A DNA stretch of 32,093 nt, taken from contig DASQHK010000318.1 in assembly GCA_035632135.1 (NCBI GenBank), forward strand, positions 1-32,093. The letters run 5' to 3'. The notes under the pieces are model-generated. The model ran no database searches, was not told where the DNA came from, and worked only from the letters and a program-made list of their open reading frames with translations. A program made the position numbers and the translations under genes. Below, one piece after another: positions 30,305 to 32,093 of the stretch (the stretch's first letter is position 1; each line of letters opens with the position of its first letter). This DNA is from Bryobacterales bacterium. GTDB lineage: Bacteria; Acidobacteriota; Terriglobia; Bryobacterales; JACQDG01.

Positions 30305-31531
30305 ATGGAAGTTTTTGTCGCCCGGCAGGCGATCTTCGATCGCCGTCTGAACGTCTACGCCTACGAACTTCTGTTCCGCTCCTGTTCCACGGACGCCTTC
30401 GGCGCCGCCGACGGCGCCGTGGCCACCTCCCAAGTCATCGCCAACAGCTTCTTCTCTATTGGAGTGGAGAAAATCCTCGGAGGCAAGCGGGCCTTCATCA
30501 ACTTTCCCCGCGAATTGCTCATCGACGAGCGCGCCTCCGCGCTGCCGCAGCACCTGGCGGTGATTGAGATCCTTGAAACAGTCGAGCCGGATGCGGAAGT
30601 GATCGCCGCCTGCCGGCACCTGAAAGCCCAGGGCTATCTTCTCGCCCTGGACGACTTCGTCAACCACGCCCGGTACGCTCCCCTGGTGGAGCTGGCCGAC
30701 ATCATCAAAGTGGACTTCCGGGTTACGGCGCCCTCCGAGCGGAAGAGCCTGTGCGAGCGCTACGGCAATTCCGGCATCCGGATGCTCGCCGAGAAGGTAG
30801 AGACGCGCGACGAGTTCGAGCAGGCCCGGGCGATGGGCTATTGCTACTTCCAGGGCTACTTCCTGTCGCGCCCCGCGCTTTTCGCGCGCCGCGTGGCGCC
30901 CGGCTTCAAGCTCAACTATCTCCGCCTGCTGCGCGAGATGCGCCATTGTGACCTCGAACTCAGCCGGATCGAGGGTCTGATTCTGTGCGACATTTCGCTC
31001 TCGTATAAACTGCTGCGCTACGTGAACTCCGCCGCCTTCACCTGGTCCTACCGGATTGAGTCCATCCGCCAGGCCCTGGTGCTCCTGGGAGAGCAGGAGA
31101 TCCGCAAATGGGTCTCCCTGGTCGCCCTGCTCGAGCTGGCGGTGGACAAGCCGGACGAGCTGGTAGTGACTGCGATTCTGCGCGGCCGCTTCTGCGAGCT
31201 GCTCGCCGGCCGCGTCGGCCTCGCAAGCCGCAAGTCGGAGCTGTTCCTGATAGGGATGTTCTCCCTTCTCGACGCCATCATGGACCGGCCGCTCGAAGAA
31301 TTGCTCACCGAGATCTCGCTGCGGGACGACGTCATTGACGTCCTCCTCGGCCGCTCCCCGGCAAGCGACCGTGTCAGCTCCGCCTATTCGCTGGTGCGCG
31401 CCTACGAGGCCGGCGACTGGGCCGAGCTGGCAACGCTGGCGGACCGGCTCGGCCTGCCCAAAGACCAGATCCCCGAGATCTACTTTGATTCTGTGAGCTG
31501 GTCGGATCAGATCTTCCAGGCAGCTTATTGA
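30305..31531 (+). CDS. EAL + HDOD domain c-di-GMP signalling protein (COG3434/YuxH-like), EAL catalytic residues apparently intact
   Basis: 408 aa from ATG 30305. MEVFVARQAIFDRRLNVYAYELLFR is the typical N-terminus of this family. EAL-fold residues are FINF, EILET, ALDDF, KVDF, AEKVET and FQGY. The HDOD part is ISLSYKLLRYVNSAAF...IRQALVLLGEQEIRKWV. Confidence 0.85.
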   Translation: MEVFVARQAIFDRRLNVYAYELLFRSCSTDAFGAADGAVATSQVIANSFFSIGVEKILGGKRAFINFPRELLIDERASALPQHLAVIEILETVEPDAEVIAACRHLKAQGYLLALDDFVNHARYAPLVELADIIKVDFRVTAPSERKSLCERYGNSGIRMLAEKVETRDEFEQARAMGYCYFQGYFLSRPALFARRVAPGFKLNYLRLLREMRHCDLELSRIEGLILCDISLSYKLLRYVNSAAFTWSYRIESIRQALVLLGEQEIRKWVSLVALLELAVDKPDELVVTAILRGRFCELLAGRVGLASRKSELFLIGMFSLLDAIMDRPLEELLTEISLRDDVIDVLLGRSPASDRVSSAYSLVRAYEAGDWAELATLADRLGLPKDQIPEIYFDSVSWSDQIFQAAY

Positions 31532-31577
31532 GTGGTCTTGGAGATGGTGCAGGATCGGGCCGCTATGCTGCCGGAGA

Positions 31578-32093
31578 TCACCCGCTCATCGCCCGCAGGA
31601 AGTCGGCGTTGGAGGCCGTCTTGCTGATCTTGTCGAGCAGCAGCTCCATGGTCTCCACGCTCGACAGCGGACTCAATACCTTCCGCAGCACCCACACCCG
31701 GTTCAACTCTTCCTTCGACAGCAGCAGCTCTTCCTTCCGCGTCCCGCTCTTGTTTACGTCAATCGCCGGGAAGATCCGCTTGTCCACCAGCTTGCGGTCC
31801 AAGTGGATTTCCATGTTGCCTGTGCCCTTGAACTCCTCGAAGATCACGTCGTCCATGCGGCTGCCGGTGTCGATCAGCGCGGTGGCGATGATGGTGAGCG
31901 AGCCGCCTTCCTCGATGTTGCGCGCCGCGCCGAAGAAACGCTTCGGCCGCTGCAGCGCGTTCGAGTCCACGCCGCCCGACAGCACCTTGCCCGACGGCGG
32001 CACAATCGTGTTGTAGGCCCGCGCCAGGCGCGTGATCGAGTCGAGCAGAATCACCACGTCCCGCTTGTGCTCCACCAGCCGCTTGGCCTTCTC
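31578..32093 (-). CDS. rho: transcription termination factor Rho, C-terminal part (gene continues beyond right edge)
   Basis: [124 protein letters not shown] is near-universal Rho ATPase-domain sequence. Confidence 0.95.
   Translation of the reverse strand, partial: EKAKRLVEHKRDVVILLDSITRLARAYNTIVPPSGKVLSGGVDSNALQRPKRFFGAARNIEEGGSLTIIATALIDTGSRMDDVIFEEFKGTGNMEIHLDRKLVDKRIFPAIDVNKSGTRKEELLLSKEELNRVWVLRKVLSPLSSVETMELLLDKISKTASNADFLRAMSG

Noticed and set aside
1-32093. Mobile elements, prophage, defence islands, rRNA/tRNA genes
   Set aside because: I saw no transposase, integrase or recombinase-like translations in any frame. I saw no long inverted terminal repeats, no tRNA-like cloverleaf regions and no compositional island apart from the short AT-rich leaders. 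The window reads as core chromosome.

Overview
This G+C-rich (by eye about two-thirds G+C) bacterial chromosomal window is dominated by a ~24 kb flagellar biosynthesis supercluster, followed by housekeeping RNA-metabolism genes and one signalling gene. The cluster is two divergent operon blocks meeting at ~10135-10343. The minus-strand block, in transcription order, is flgF-flgG-flgA-flgH-flgI-flgJ(rod-binding only)-flgM-flgN-flgK-flgL, then a separate flaG-fliS unit; fliS runs off the left edge. The plus-strand block is fliK-flgD-flgE-fliN(short)-fliO-fliP-fliQ-fliR-flhB-flhA-flhF-fliA-fliM-fliY-like, then a small membrane ORF. Downstream lie a Pro/Ala-rich hypothetical (-), RNase R (-), a secreted FecR-domain/Trp-rich protein (+), an RlmB-type SpoU methyltransferase (+), an EAL+HDOD c-di-GMP protein (+) and the 3' end of rho (-, runs off the right edge). 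I recognised no rRNA, tRNA, CRISPR array, transposase, integrase or defence-type genes. I see no clear multi-gene novel system. The most unusual content is non-coding and intragenic. (1) Short tandem direct repeats sit directly in front of many flagellar start codons: GGAGCA x5 before flgD, GRAACCAGRAGA x3 before flgE, its reverse complement GCTGGTTCC x3 before fliM, and CACAGAG x3 before fliQ. There is also a 13-nt x2 repeat before flgG and a 19-nt x3 repeat upstream of flaG. (2) GGA motifs are displayed in hairpin loops in the flaG and flgI leaders. (3) A ~215-aa paralogous insert with IN-type motifs is shared by FlgK and FlgL. (4) Exact sigma-28 -10 octamers (GCCGATAA) lie upstream of flaG and 8 nt upstream of the EAL-HDOD start codon. 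All functional calls come from motif recognition by eye in the supplied translations. No database search was run. Start codons were re-picked from the sequence, because the ORF track reports the longest ORFs and renders GTG/TTG starts as M.
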